Source: Phoronis australis | Lineage: Eukaryota > Animalia > Phoronida | DNA: 64,000 nucleotides | NCBI GenBank assembly: GCA_002633005.1 | Contig: NMRA01000392.1 | Span: 62,001 to 126,000, forward strand | Reading direction: 5' to 3' | Shown: positions 27,761 to 41,392 of the stretch, piece by piece | Position numbering within the stretch: position 1 is the first letter of the stretch | Layout of the letters: each line of letters begins with the position of its first letter | Translations under genes and position numbers: made by a program | The notes under the pieces: generated by a model | Databases searched by the model: none | Told to the model about the DNA's origin: nothing | What the model saw: only the letters and a program-made list of their open reading frames with translations

Positions 27761-28920
27761 TATTTCCGTTGGCATTATAATAATTATTAAATGAAAACTC
27801 ACGTGAAATTAGCCACGTGATCAATTAAGTCCAGGGCTCGATGTGGCAACCTATAGGTTGCTAATGCGACCTCAGATTTTGATTAGCACAGATTGCCAAG
27901 GTCAGTCACCACGCACACATCAGAGCATGAACTCAAAATACTACCAGAACTAAACAGAGAGAAGCTAGAATTGTTTGACAAAAATTGGAAGAGCCCGTTC
28001 ATGAGTTACCTGCTTCAGGTAAGCCAGTGTGCATGAGATAATGGGCCACGAAAGTGAAATTGAACATCAGCAAACAATAACAAGACACTAAACATGAATT
28101 TTCCATTCAAGCAAAAAAGCAATCCAGAGAATACCAAGTGCACTGGCCGACATTTACTCAATTACGCATTTTTTCATTTCAGTTATAACCTTGCTTATTT
28201 CATTTTTGGCTCGTCAATCAGGTTTGGCAACCTCAGTTACCGATTACATGACCTGGGAATTTTTCCAGATTAGATTTGGCGAGTTGACGTTATGCTAAAG
28301 TGTCGAACCTTGAAGTCACAAGAAGCCATAAAAAACAACCAAACAGCACAGCTGTAGAAGTAAGTTCCCATGCAATGTAAGCGCTGTGGATGTCATCCAG
28401 ACTTGAGATCGAATTATACTTAACAGCTTCAGAGCAACCATCTGAATTATTTACCAGCATTGTATCCTGCAAAAGTCTATCTTACTTAACCCCTGCCATT
28501 CACATCAGTAGGAAAATTTATTTCTATAAAAACACCAGTCAAGAACAGTGCACATTTTTTTCACTTCCAAATAACAGAAAAGATCTATTTTGACAAAACA
28601 GTGACAAAAATGTTGTCAAAATCTGTGCCTTATTGCACAATATACACAATGTTATGAACAGATCTGCACTAATTAATGCTGAGCTTTCTTCTGATGATCC
28701 CTATAAAGCAGATCTATTGATTCTACTTCTCCACTGAGTAATTAATATCTCATTAGACCATAGCCATCACTCTGGTGATAATGAGGGAAACTCTATACGC
28801 CTCTATGGAAGTAATCTGCTAAATACCAAGAGCCACTGGCTGACCACAAGAGATAACCTTGACCCAGCTTAAGTATGGAGTGAACATCTACAGTTTCAAT
28901 ATCGCCATGGGTGTGAGTTA

Positions 28921-29412
28921 AGGCCCTGTCATATTGACTTAATTCCAGTCTGAGCGGAGTGTCGACATAAACAGTGAAGTTAACTGGACCGTTCATACGG
29001 GCTTCGCTAATTAATGAACATCAAAGTAAACAGTAGGTGACGCTGTTGTCATTGAAGTAATCGCAAGGTAGCGCTGCACGCTAAGATTTTTTTTCACAAT
29101 TTGGGAACATTTACATGTGCTAATTGACATAAAACTTATTTTTAAATCGATTGGTGATTATTAGAGCAAAATATAAGCAACTATTAGCGTAATTGTTGAC
29201 GATAACAGTGGCACCTGGCGATAACTTCGATAGGACCGAAGTTGACCATTCATACTGCACACCACAGCGTCGACGCTGCGCTGTTAAATCCCCCTATTAA
29301 CTGTGATGTTAACTGAAGCTGTTAATTGAGATCCAGGACCGAAGTTATGCGTTCATACTGACCGCAACTCCCCAAACCATTGACGCGTCGATGTTAAAGT
29401 ATGAAAGGCCCT
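28921..29412 (+). mobile_element. PIF/Harbinger-type MITE family copy 2
   Basis: Imperfect TIRs AGGCCCTGTCATATT / AGTATGAAAGGCCCT with TTA on both flanks. Confidence 0.85.
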
Positions 29413-30542
29413 TTAACGTCACAACTGTAAGAAAATTTCAGTCCACACAACATAACACTTCCATGTTCCCCCTAATAAGTGACCCGGACGCTTCAGGAAG
29501 GGGGTTGAAACCCGGTCTCCGAAACAGGTGAAATTGTAACCTAGAATTCATCAAATTTATGCTCTGTGACATACCTGTAATCAGTATGACACTTTCTACA
29601 AAATTGCAGTGCACTGCTATCAAACTTTGCTTTAAATTACGAGCATTTTTCATAAAATCCCAGTGCGAAAAATCACCGACTGATGCGTCGCTGCCTCGCG
29701 ATCACTGATAGGTCAACTTGAATTTTTTAGTAAGAATATAGTTTCGACTCAACATATTAGGCCTACCTTAGTCAGAAGTCCTCCTTAAGTTTTTAAAATA
29801 GTGTAAGAATTTTTAAGTTCCTGCGAAGTCGGGATTAACTGCATATTAAGTCCAAATCTACGCTAGATCGTACTCCGCAACACAAGAAAAATCTCTGGAC
29901 GAACACACGTTGTAACCTGATGTTTGTTTTGAAGTTCGTCTGCGAATTGTGTGAAGGAGTATCAGCGCTTGTCATCAGAGTTCATTTGCCATCTAGTAAA
30001 CGCGATTAACGATCTGGGTGTGCATTGTAACTTAAGGAAATTAACACAAGCAGTAAGGCAGAACGTGTTTCATTTACCACTTGTTGACCTCATCTGCTAA
30101 AAAACGTTCGAGAATTGTTTCCGCGAGTAAGGCCGATGTCATGGAGTCACCGGGTGACTGGATGGGTGACTGGATGCGTGACAGTCTAACAGTTATTTTT
30201 CAAGAGATTCGGGGGGTGTAAGGGTGCGGAAGTGTTCACTATCAGAGGGTGTTTGACTTTACAAACAAAAATATTTACGACTAATTCAATAATTTCACCT
30301 TAAAAATAACGCAAACGTTTTTACGGTATTAGAAACTTTCGGAAATAAGTGCCAGTATTTACTTCTTGCCAATGCTATGCTTCCCGTTTCATAAATAGAT
30401 AGTTCCCAAAGACTAATCTTCGATGACAGGTGCAGCACGTGCTCTCCTGGCCACGTGCTTCTAACTGAACAAAGGTCAAGTTAATTTATAAGTCTTCGAT
30501 TTGCAGTTTTCACGTGTAGAAAGAAATTTGGATTCCTGTTAA

Positions 30543-33123
30543 CCCTATCGTGTTTCTATTTATAGCAAAAACACCATATGCTGAAGACCTATATTCCACT
30601 AATTCTGAGTGCATGTACAGAAATGGCCATAACTTTACTCTTTGGCAAGATATCAACTTACTTTTTGATACATTTATCTCCCATGTGATGATGCTAACAT
30701 AGCTGTTGACTTCATGAGCAAAACTCATCAAATTCCCAGGTAAATACAGGTAAAGGAAGCAAATAATGTTTTTCAATCAAATTAAGCCATTTCCATGCAC
30801 AGTATTACTGCTTTTATTGCTTAAGTTAAAAAATACTTAATACACAATTTTCTGAAATTCATCCTAAAAAGTTAAGGCCAGTATTCACCCATTCCGGAGA
30901 CAATATGTTACGTAACGACATGCAGGTAACAACCAAGCCAACAGGCTCTAAATGGAAAGATGAACATAATGCACCAGCCCAGAAGCTCAAGATAGTTTGA
31001 CTTGCAATAGAACTAAAGATTAAGTATACTGAGCAAAATATTAAACAACAGTCACAAATTACTATTTAACCACTACCTGAGAATAATGAACCACAACAAA
31101 CAGGTGAGTTCAGGTAAGTCATATTTCGAATCATGTCCTTCCGAATTCACGCAATTTCGAATTGTATGTAAAGCATGAAATAAACTTACTGTCCTTGTAA
31201 ATGTGACTTTTATTATTACACAGTGTTCCTATCATGGAAGTCTCCAAAGCACCCAACGCGGCACAATGGTATTTTGCAAAAACTGCACATGTAGCTGGTT
31301 TATGGGGGCGTCCCTTTGGTGTTTTTTGCTTTTGGCTAGAACATTGCCTGCAGATCTTTTTGCGGCCATCAATCTTGACAGGTTCGTGTAAATTCGAATT
31401 TTGGTTGTTGATGGCAATGTCCATGTTTTTGCGACCAACATGAAAGGCCCTTGATGTGAAACCAGCTCGCAGTTGGTTGGCCACGTCGGCTCGAAATGCA
31501 AGATGGTCATAGGACCTGGGTGGGCTCGGGTCTTTGACGGACTTGGAGTACTGTATCCACGACTTCACAACGGCCATGTTGACGATGTAATTCAACACGT
31601 AGCGCCACCATTTCATGCCAGACCTACCAACTGGATAGTAGCACATTAGTTGGTCGAATTTGTCAATGCTGCCCATATGCATGTTGTACGCAATATTGAC
31701 GTGAGGCTTTCCATTCTCATCAACACCATGATTAGGCAAGGTAAACAGAAAATTTATCTGCCTTTTATCTTTGAACGATGTTACCAACACCCCCCCTTTC
31801 TGTAGCTGAATTACATCCCCTTGATTTTTAATTTTGATTTTTAATTACATCTGGTAATCCTTTCTTGTTCTGATTAATGGTTGTACATGAACCAGAAGGA
31901 GATGCTCGCTGAGGAGTAATGAGGAAAAAAATCTATCGAAATAGATGTGGCGGCCTTGGTGGTGGTATGGCTGAGTAAGATTCCACACCACATCATACCC
32001 CAATCCATGCTCTCTTCCCCCTGCTTTCTGACCAGTATAAATCTCGAACCCACAGCAGTAACCTGACTCGCTGTCACATAGCTGCCACACTTTGATTCCC
32101 CATTTTGTGGGTTTGGCCGGCATATACTGGCGGAAGAAAATTCTCCCCTTGTATCCTACCATACCCTCATCAACAGAAAGATTCTGGGTTGGCTTGTAAT
32201 AGCTGAAAATTTTTGGACTGATCAAGTCAATGAGAGGACAAATTTTGTACAAAGGGTCATAGTTCGGGTCACCTCTAGCTGGCTGTTGAGACAAATCGCA
32301 TACATGTAAGTATTGATTTAGTTTGACGTATCTGGTCCTAACATTGTGGATGAAATGTAAGGATCATTGAAATGCTCAGGATCTTTACTCCAATAAAAAC
32401 TCAGTCGAGGTAATTGCTTTATTCCCATCATAATTGAAAAACAGAAAAAAGCCTTCATTTCAGCAGGGCATGTTGGCTGCCATTTTGAATCTGGTGATGT
32501 TGCAATATTCTGCCGAGACACCATTTCAAAAAACTATCAGGCAAAAACAACTTGAAATAATCAACAGGTTTTGCTGAAGGCTCTCAGTCATGATTTACAG
32601 CAGTTATCTCAGTAAAATCTATCAAATTGTTATAACACAAGTCCCGCGACCACTCTGCACCAAGCGTCGCTAGTGTGGGATCATCAACATCGGCGATTTC
32701 ATCATCGCTATAATCTCCGATTGACGAAACATTGGATACACTGACATCAGATTCGTTCGTCAAAACAACGTCCCTCACGACGTCGAAGAGATTCGGCAAC
32801 TTCTACGTTCATAATACCATCAACACTCGTGTCACTGTCGCTGCTATAGTCGTAGTCCTTACCGGAAACCATGAGACATTTAAATTTTCGAAAACAAGTT
32901 AAAAAATCCCGAGAAAATCACCTCAAAAAGTTCTAATTCAATCGCTCGACATTCAGAAATATAATAGGACGAACAGACGGAAGTTTACAACGGGAATAAC
33001 GTTCAGTCTCGGGTGTTGCGTGAATGAACTGGATCTATATTTAGTCAGGTTAGGTCGGCCGGTTTGAGACGGGTTGGTTGCATACGGCAATGGCCGGTTT
33101 TGGCGGGGTTGGTTGAGATAGGG
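30543..33123 (-). mobile_element. piggyBac transposon (defective)
   Basis: TTAA|CCCTATC ... GATAGGG|TTAA (TTAA at 30539-30542 and 33124-33127). Removing it rejoins the host reading WIPV|KG. Confidence 0.9.
31131..32872 (-). pseudogene. piggyBac (PGBD-type DDD) transposase pseudogene
   Basis: Consecutive frameshifted ORFs: acidic N-terminus; W..T...EMKAF...IMMGI...YWS; DPLYKI...LSVDEGMVGYKGR..FRQYMPAKPTKWGIKVW; IYFDRFFSS; YNMHMGSIDKFDQ...KWWR; Cys-rich C-terminus. Confidence 0.93.
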
Positions 33124-33127
33124 TTAA

Positions 33128-33340
33128 GGGAGATCTGTGCGGGTAACATACAATACAACCCCTTTGACAAGTACGCTGCATCTGTTCTGAAAGGCCAGGC
33201 CATAATTGGACACGTCCCTCGCAAAATCAGCAAAACTTGCCTTCTTGTTCAAGCATGGCGGATTAGTGTGAAGTGTATAGTCACGGCTAAGTACCAACAT
33301 AGCGACAAGGCTCGTGGTCTACAAATTCCGCACAATGATT
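33128..33340 (+). pseudogene. HIRAN-like domain relic (C-terminal part; N-terminal part at ~30492-30540)
   Basis: SSICSFHV*KEIWIPV | ...YNPFDKYAASVLKGQAIIGHVPRKISKTC...VKCIVTAKYQHSDKARGLQIP matches the NPxDxxAV...IGHVP HIRAN pattern. Confidence 0.65.
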
Positions 33341-33540
33341 TTTTCATGGCTGTCGGATCTTATTGATGAATAGTAGACGTTACTGTAGAATTTTAGAACT
33401 GTAGGTAAGGCATTTTTTGCATGTACACGGCGTTCATGGACTGGGCGTTTATTTTAGGAAAGTCTGAAAACGCCGTGGGGGGCGCTTATAGGGGCATGGG
33501 CGTTTATTAAGGCGTTTATTAGGGCGTATACGGTTATTAT

Positions 33541-33935
33541 GCTGTTTGTTTCTGTTTGTTTCTGTTTCTGTGGTGACGTCAGGGGGTAGGCACCGGGATA
33601 GTCTCTGGCCATCCTCCTTCCAGTATTGCACGCAATGTAAATTTGGAGATGCAACCAAGTTCGTGCTGCTTACACACTCTTCGATCTTTCCCCTGATACG
33701 AGTTTTTGCTGCATCTCCATATTGCCATCCTCGCTCTATGAGGCGCTTTGTTGCCCATCCCTCCTGCTGTTGCACAATCTTGGCATCTGTAAGAGATTCA
33801 CGCACTCTGGGATATTACTTCTGCTGGTGTGAGGAGCAGGTCGGCAATCGGTTCTGCAATGCCTGCAACCTCATCCGCCTTGACGTTGAATGAGATGCCA
33901 CAGTGTCCTGGTATATAAACACTGGTGAAGAGACC
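33541..33935 (-). mobile_element. 5'-truncated non-LTR retrotransposon fragment with RNase H C-terminal motif
   Basis: The minus strand from 33920 reads VYIPGHCGISFNVKADEVAG (compare WVPGHxGIxGNExADxxA). A frameshifted continuation is followed by a simple-repeat tail CAGAAACAGAAACAAACAGAAACAAAC. Confidence 0.7.
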
Positions 33936-35522
33936 ATTAATAGAGCTGAACAGAGCGATCATATTATTCGGGACTTCAGATATTTTGTATACGCATGTCA
34001 GAGTCCATTTAAGAGATGGCAGGCTTTCTATAATGCATGTACTAGGTAATTATCCACCCACCTATCCATTACATTTGAAGGTTTGAAGACCAAACATTTG
34101 GCATGGTAACTGCTAAGTGTTGCCAAATCAGACAACCATGTCTAAGACTTTTGTTTCATGGGAGCTGCACAGATAATTTTCCAGTCTAGACCACTCATCA
34201 CTTGAAAAACGTCATGTCTATAAGGACTTGAGTTTAGTTTCAATGCCTTAAACTTAAACTTCGTAACTGTATAACAAGTCCACCTCAATCAAGAAAAAAA
34301 GCTGGGCATTATTTTCTCCCTACGATAGCAACATCGGTTTCCGTAATTAAAATGATTCGACAGATCCCCTGCCATTGGTAAGAAGTGCCCCAAAATTGGG
34401 AGAGTTAGCAAACCCAGTCAGAAATGATGACCTTTTGACACTTGTTATTATTACTGGCTGATGCACTGAATAATCTGTTTGGCGAAATAAAAATCATTCT
34501 TTTACCAAAGGTTCAAAAGAAATGTCGGGTGCACGAGCTACATGGTTTCAGGTGGTGTCCACCCTTAAGTTTTATTGTAGTGGTCCCGCCGTCACACCTG
34601 TTCGACAGGTTACAGGTAGGTCGATAAAATATTCAATATTTTCAACTAAAAATTGTTGGGGGCGGGATCATGTTTGATGTAAACAAATAGCCCTGTGATA
34701 ATGAAAAAAAATTGTTTGTCAGATTACAAATAAAATATTTTCAGTCATGCTTAAACTTTGCGGTTGGTTGTCGTGTGAGGGGAGACAATCTTAATTTTGA
34801 TTTACACCTAATTATGATAATCAGGCGAAAATCAAAACTAATTATAATAATTATTATTAATAATAATAAATAGAACCCATTGCTGTGCAAGGAAATGCTT
34901 TAAAAAGTAAGGACGGAGAATTCTTGAAATGAACACAGACGACTTCTCAGACACTTGCTTATACCAGTAGACATTGAGAAGTAACACAGCTGAGGTCACG
35001 GTCAAGGTAACAGGTCACTCATGCATCCTTGCTGATACAACTCATGGCTAGACCTTGATGCCACTGTTTATGAATACAACACGATCAGTCATAAATTATG
35101 TAGAAGCTTGGCACACCCTGAAATCTCAGACAACTTGATACAATTACATTAGCATGCAATGGACACAAATATTTTTACCAGAATTGACACTTTCTGCAAA
35201 GAGGCTGCAACAGTCTAGAGTTCTGAAATGTTTGTTTTTAATATAATACAATTGTTGATATTTCGTAAATGCTTATCATCCTTCATTTATAAAAAACCAA
35301 GTGCATAAGAGAATTGTGTTCCTTGCTAAACTTGTTTTTAAATAATTTCAGAATGCTTTCAAGAGATGGTTCTTGAGAATACAAGTATGACACCGGACAA
35401 GGCTATTAAACTTCAACTAACAATACGAAAGTCAATGTAATAAAATACATAAAAAAATTCATTCACGAATGTACGACTCAATTTGAAAAAAAACATCCGC
35501 AGAGTGACACAGTTCACAATTT

Positions 35523-35696
35523 GGTTAAACACTGTTTTACCCATGTACCAACAATGGGAATATTCATCAATCGGTCAGTTGCTTTTAAACACAAAATTGA
35601 GAGTTTAAAGGTTAAACAATGTTTTACCCATGTACCAACAATGGGAATATTCATCAATCGGTCAGTTGCTTTTAAACACAAAATTGAGAGTTTAAA
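35523..35696. repeat. 87-bp tandem duplication
   Basis: Near-identical units start at 35523 and 35610 (one visible mismatch); the second abuts the MITE terminus. Confidence 0.95.
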
Positions 35697-36174
35697 GGCC
35701 TTTTCACATTGACTTAACTCCGGTCTGAGCGGAGCGTCGACGTAAACAGCGCAGTTAACTGGACCGTTCATACTGGCTTCGGTAATTAATGACCATCGAA
35801 GTAAAGGGTTGGTGACGCTGACGTCATCGAAGTTATCGCAAGGTAGCGCTGCACACTAAGATTTTTTTCAATGTGACAATTTGGGAACATTTAAATGTGC
35901 TAGATGATATTAAACTCATTTTTAAATCGATTGGTTATCATTAGAGCAAAAAGTAAGCAGTTATTAGTGACGGCACTACTCTGTAACTGTCGACGATAAC
36001 AGTGGCACCTGGCGATAACTTCGATTGAACCAGAGTTAAGCGTTCATACTGCACCACTTGTTAACTGCGATGTTAACTGGAGCTGTTAACTGCGATCCAG
36101 GACCGGAGTTAAGCGTTCATACTGACCGCAACTCCCCAAACCATCGACGCGTCGACGTTAGTATGAAAGGCCCT
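35696..36174 (+). mobile_element. PIF/Harbinger-type MITE family copy 3
   Basis: AGGCCTTTTCACATT...AGTATGAAAGGCCCT with TWA flanks; collinear with copy 2. Confidence 0.85.
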
Positions 36175-36231
36175 TTATATTTAGATTTCCTGTGGTTAAG
36201 CAACTAGTGTTTTCCACATCCTAATAATAAG

Positions 36232-36654
36232 CAAGGTACCTCAACTACACGGTTAACAGACTCATGAACACGGCCCACGGACGCATGAACACCGTCCACA
36301 GACTCACAAACACGGGAACGGACTCACAAAACACGGTCCATTCACCCAAATACACGGGACACGGACTCATATTCACGAGGAAACACGGTTAACGGACCGC
36401 CAAACACGGCTCACGGACTCATCAACTTCCTGGGTCAGCTGACATCTACAGTTTGTCTGTAAACCGTGTTTGGCGGTCCGTTAACTATCGTGAATGTGAG
36501 TCCGTGTCCCGTGTATTTGGGTGAATGGATTGTGTTTTGCGAGTCCGTTCCCGTGTTTGTGAGTCCGTGGACGGTGTTTGCAGGTCCGTGAGTCGTGTTC
36601 ATGCTTCCGTGACCATGTTTATGAGTGCGTTAACTGTGTAGTTTAGATACCTTG
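36232..36654. mobile_element. Foldback MITE (whole element is a near-palindrome)
   Basis: CAAGGTACCTCAACTACACGGTTAAC...GTTAACTGTGTAGTTTAGATACCTTG, with arms of ~190 bp built from cacggactcac repeats and AG on both flanks. Confidence 0.85.
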
Positions 36655-37801
36655 AGTTACAAGGCAGACTCGATTTTCACATGGTGGTGTTAATGAAGAA
36701 TAAGCCTTTTGTGATCTGCATAGAATGAGACCAAAACTCTTCATCTGAGCAGTCTTCATGGGATGATGGTCTCCCATTTGACTATCTCAATGCAAGTAAT
36801 TACACATGTGGGGTTGCTGCCAAACAAGTGGCACCAGGTTGAATAGAGGAGCTCGCCTCACGTCATGTGGGTGGAAACAGTTTTTGACATTATTGGAAGT
36901 AACTTAAGTGGCGTTCAGTTCAGTACAAAACCTATCTTCTAACACAAACCAATTGAAATGAATCCATCACCAATATGCACATCCCGAACTAGCATGTGCA
37001 CAAGCTAGTTAAAGAACTGTATTAGGTTGGAATTGGGGTACCCTATTCACTGTGAACCTCACTCCATCTTCAATCAATACAAGTTCTGGCCAATGATGAT
37101 ATTACCTTTTGCAGACCGTGTACTTGCATGTTTGGCAGTTTGTGTTTTATTCATTATCCCAGAAAAGCTCTTGCACGGTTCCAGCTCAGTAAGCCCAACA
37201 ACTATTAAAAAGTTCTTGCTTCGGTTGACTGCAGAAATTAGAAACCATAGCTTCAGTGAAGTCTACTTAAAACCAATGCCTACGTGATAACATCAAAGAT
37301 GATTTCAATCTATACTTTACTGAAATAACCTGAATTAACTTGGATATTAGCATTACACCCAACAAAGTACAACCTGCGTGGGGAATCTTTTTCTTATGAT
37401 CACAGACTGTTAGAGGTCACTATCAATCTGCAGCTGACACTGAGTTACAAAACTGATTTCAGAATAGGGTTGCAGTTAAGAGTCTACATGTTCCACATCG
37501 CTTGCACTCCTACATATCAAATTCAAAAATGAACTGCACATTCCATGGAAACAAAGTACAAGCATTAAGACCTGAAATTAATACCTTTAGTCAGGTGTTT
37601 ACCGGACTTAATTACTGAAAGAATTTCCCTTCAGAAATGTTTTCTCAATGCAAAATATTCAGCTACCTCATAACTTTTCAATGTTGTACAAATCAGCATT
37701 TACGTTTTAACTGCTTTTCAATTTTTGCATGACTGTGCACAGCCTCAATTGCGTTATTATGTGGTAAATGGTAAATGTAAATCATACTGCACTTTCATTT
37801 A

Positions 37802-38184
37802 AGGCCTTTTCATACTGACTTAACTCTGATCTAAATGGAGCATCAACGTTAACTGCGAAGTTAACTATACCGTTCATACCAGGCTTCAGTAGTTAAGGAA
37901 CATCAAAGTAAATGTCATCACGGTAATCGCAAGGTAGCGCTGCACGCTAAGATTTTTTAATGTGACAATTTGGGAACATTTGCATGTGCTAATTGACATA
38001 AAATTTATTTTTAATTCGATTTGTGATTATTCGAGCAAAATATAAGCAAGTATTAGCGACTACACTACCCTTAAATTGTTGACGATAACAGTGGCACCTG
38101 GCGATAACTTTGATGGGACTAAGCATTCATACTGACAACAACTCCCCAGCCTATCAAAGTATAGACGTTAATTTGAAAGGCCTT
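37802..38184 (+). mobile_element. PIF/Harbinger-type MITE family copy 4 (internally deleted)
   Basis: AGGCCTTTTCATACT...TGAAAGGCCT, with the shared core gataacagtggcacctggcgataact. Confidence 0.8.
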
Positions 38185-38961
38185 TAAGGAAAACATTTTC
38201 AGAAATGATTGCAACCACATAGGCAAATCTAGCTTACAAAATTACTACTGAAGTTCAGAGATGACCTGTATGCCACTATTACCACACAAATTAAGAAGCA
38301 AAAATACAGTCAAACCACGTTTTGAAAAAATTCACAGGATTTGCATTTTTTCATCTAGGTAAGCATCAGAGGCAAACAAGTTTCAAACCAGGACATCATT
38401 AATAACTGAAAAATCTTCAAAGAGAAAAGGGAATATTGTAAATGTGTTTTGATGATTTTACTTTTGAAATTCAACATACCATGATAAAACCATATTCAAT
38501 AATATGATATGCTGTTAATAAAATCTCACACATGACCACCATGAATAGTTAAATGCTAATAGAAAACCCATTGACTGAATGCATGACCCCTGAAGAAAGT
38601 GCAGTTTAAAATTTCTCACTAGTATAATGTATTTCATGGTAACAAAGGGATATTAAAATGCTTATTGTTAAAGTTAAGACACCCTAAAACAGGTCATTTT
38701 CATACATTTGTTTTTTAAACGTGCAAAAATTGCAACATACTAGAGATGGCTTAAGATTTTACCAAACCATCTTGTTTGTTAGTATGGTATTTCATTTTCT
38801 TTATAGTTGAAATGATTTAATTTCCCAAAACAGACCCATTTTCACCATAGTGTTTCCAAAGCCATCGCTGTTCTAAATGTTTCCTTTGGCCATGCAAAAG
38901 TTGGCATCATCCATTATAGCTCAACTTTTCAAGAGAACTCCAATGCTAACATTTGAGGTTT

Positions 38962-39400
38962 TGTTACCCCAACACCTAAGAGAGCCTAAGCCAGACTGTG
39001 ACTAACCAGTCCTAATTCATTCACAAATCAATGCTCGTTGCCTAGCCGTAATGTTGAAGAAGACGTATTCGCTAATTTCTATTATAATACATCGATTTTA
39101 ACAAATTCAAAGACAACTACTATTTACATTTCTATTTCAAAAACAGTCATGTTGGTCGTTTGCCTTATTTATTGTACGTTTTTGACTTTGTAACTCATAT
39201 GCTTAACAGACATCTTGCTTTACGATCGCTGAATTATCTCATGCAGCACATTCAGCCACACCAAGGAATAGCAACTAGCTCCCTTCAATCCATGACGGGA
39301 AGGTTCCATCAAGCCTTTTTCATGCTCAGGACTTTGCTGGATACTCTGAGGTAAACTGTGCACATTTTTTCGTCCACTTGCATGCAAATCCTGTTAGAGC
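38962..39400 (+). repeat. Dispersed repeat, homologue of 18775-19182 (partly also 17590-17690)
   Basis: Collinear reverse-complement similarity over ~400 bp. Confidence 0.75.
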
Positions 39401-41284
39401 TGTCCTCAAGCATCATTTTAATTCTTAATCTGATATAAAGTAAGTTTTTGTGACCCTAAAAAAACCCAGGCTAAGATGAAAAGTACTCAAAAGATTGATT
39501 GCTCAATTCCATAAAAGATTGATCGCTCTTTGATTGAAAAATACACTTGAGGTATTCAATTATGAATTTATGTTAACATAAATATTCGGGTTACGCCTTC
39601 AATGGTTAAATTCATTACCTTGTAAAGTCGAGATGGTAAGCGCGAGAACTGAGACCTTAAGGTACTTAAATTGGAAACCAACAAAATCATGGGTTGGGCC
39701 CTTAATTTGTGCGCCAGATAATATGACCTCCAAAATTCCACTGATTGCACGTTCAAAGAAATTGTGGCAATAGTCACTTACAGGGGTCTTGGATATTGAG
39801 AACAACTTTGATCCCTGTTATTTAGTGGAGAAAACTGATTAAAATACAGGATTCCTACTGAAAATAATGCTCCCTGACACCTTCCTGCAGGTTGCTTTAA
39901 TAGTCTATTTAGACAGAATAATCAGATAGTCCAAGAAAAAAAAACATTGTTGAACTTTATTCTGAAACCAACGAACACTATTAAAGCAATCAATAGAGGT
40001 CACAAACAAGGTACATGTTTGTTGTGTTTGTTCACCTACATCAGAGGAATGCAGTCAGTACGTGTGTGCCCCCATGCTTGACCCCAATGAACCAATGATA
40101 GGTGGGCTTGCTAATGCAAATGACCACATTCACAGCGCTTCATTTAAAAGCAACTGTAACTTGCTCTCTGTAAAAAATAACTTTTGATTTAGACCACTTG
40201 CACTTAAAAATTAACATTTTTGTTGCTATTCTCAGTGCTGGGAATAGAAATGATTTGCTAAGGCTTGAGAGCCAATGGTTCAAAGTTATTGCTTCATACT
40301 AAGACCAAGTTATTTATCACGGCAGATTAGTTTCAGCCACAGAAGCAGTACAGACGTCATCAGAATTCCATACATTTTACGGCAACAAATTTCAATTCAA
40401 GCAAAGTATGAAAACAAAACAGCCTTGGCTTGGAAGAGCAAAAATGCCAGAGAAATTTTGACACAAAAAAGAACACGATGTATAACCGCATCAAAGGGGC
40501 CAATATGACTTCAGTCATACTTCATGATGGCTTGAGATTAGAGGCACAAGGTATAATTCTGCCCAGAGATGACTACCACAAACTTGTCATCAATCAATCA
40601 TGCAACTTCGGGGAGAATAACAAGAAATTTCAGACAGCAAGACCCAGGACATAATTGGAGAATGGCACATAATTTTACCATCATGGTATCCCCAAAAATT
40701 AGTTTGCATGTAAATTTGGAAACGGAGGTGGCCTATAAACAGAAAATGCATCCTAAAACGGATCATGTGTTGGACGAACTGCGTATCTGTCCTGAATAAA
40801 GCACACAATTTAAATCTGGTATCTTAAACAACTGACAGATAGAATAACTGACTGTAAATTTTTGCCGTTACCCAGTGAATGAACTAACGCTTCCTGTCAA
40901 CAGCAAAAAGCCACCAGCCATAAGGCCAGAACATAATTTCTTGATGTGAACGAGATTATGGATCTGCAAGATTAGACGAAAGCTGGAATTACAGAATAAG
41001 AGAAAGTCGATGACGATCTCTCGACAATGATAGGGAGAATAGCAAGTAGTACTACAATACAAATAGTTGCCGAGAGAAAATACATTTGCCTTGAAGCCTC
41101 AGTAATGATTAAATGCAATTAATAGTTTCCGGAGGAGCAGAGCCTAACACAAGACACTTGACTCAATGAACAAGTAGGATGACCAGATTGAAAATGTTGC
41201 AATGATGGTGAAATAGCACCCTTAAATAATTGGAATTCAGAAAATTGCATCCAAGAAAAAAGGATTTTACGTCATGCAAAAAAC

Positions 41285-41392
41285 AACTACGTGAAGTACG
41301 TTCTGAAACACAACTGCATGAAGTATGTTCTGTAACATAACTGCGTGAAGTACGTTCTGTAACATAACTGCGTGAAGTATGTTCTGTAATGC
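41285..41392. repeat. Minisatellite, 4 x 27 bp
   Basis: Unit approximately aactgcgtgaagtaYgttctgtaacat. Confidence 0.9.

Larger units (their letters stand above)
29461..33533 (+). mobile_element. Tc2/pogo-like non-autonomous element carrying a HIRAN-like relic, interrupted by piggyBac
   Basis: The left end CCATGTTCCCCCTAATAAG matches the reverse complement of the right end CCGTATACGCCCTAATAAA. Segments 29461-30540 and 33124-33533 are collinear with 46249-47657. Confidence 0.78.
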
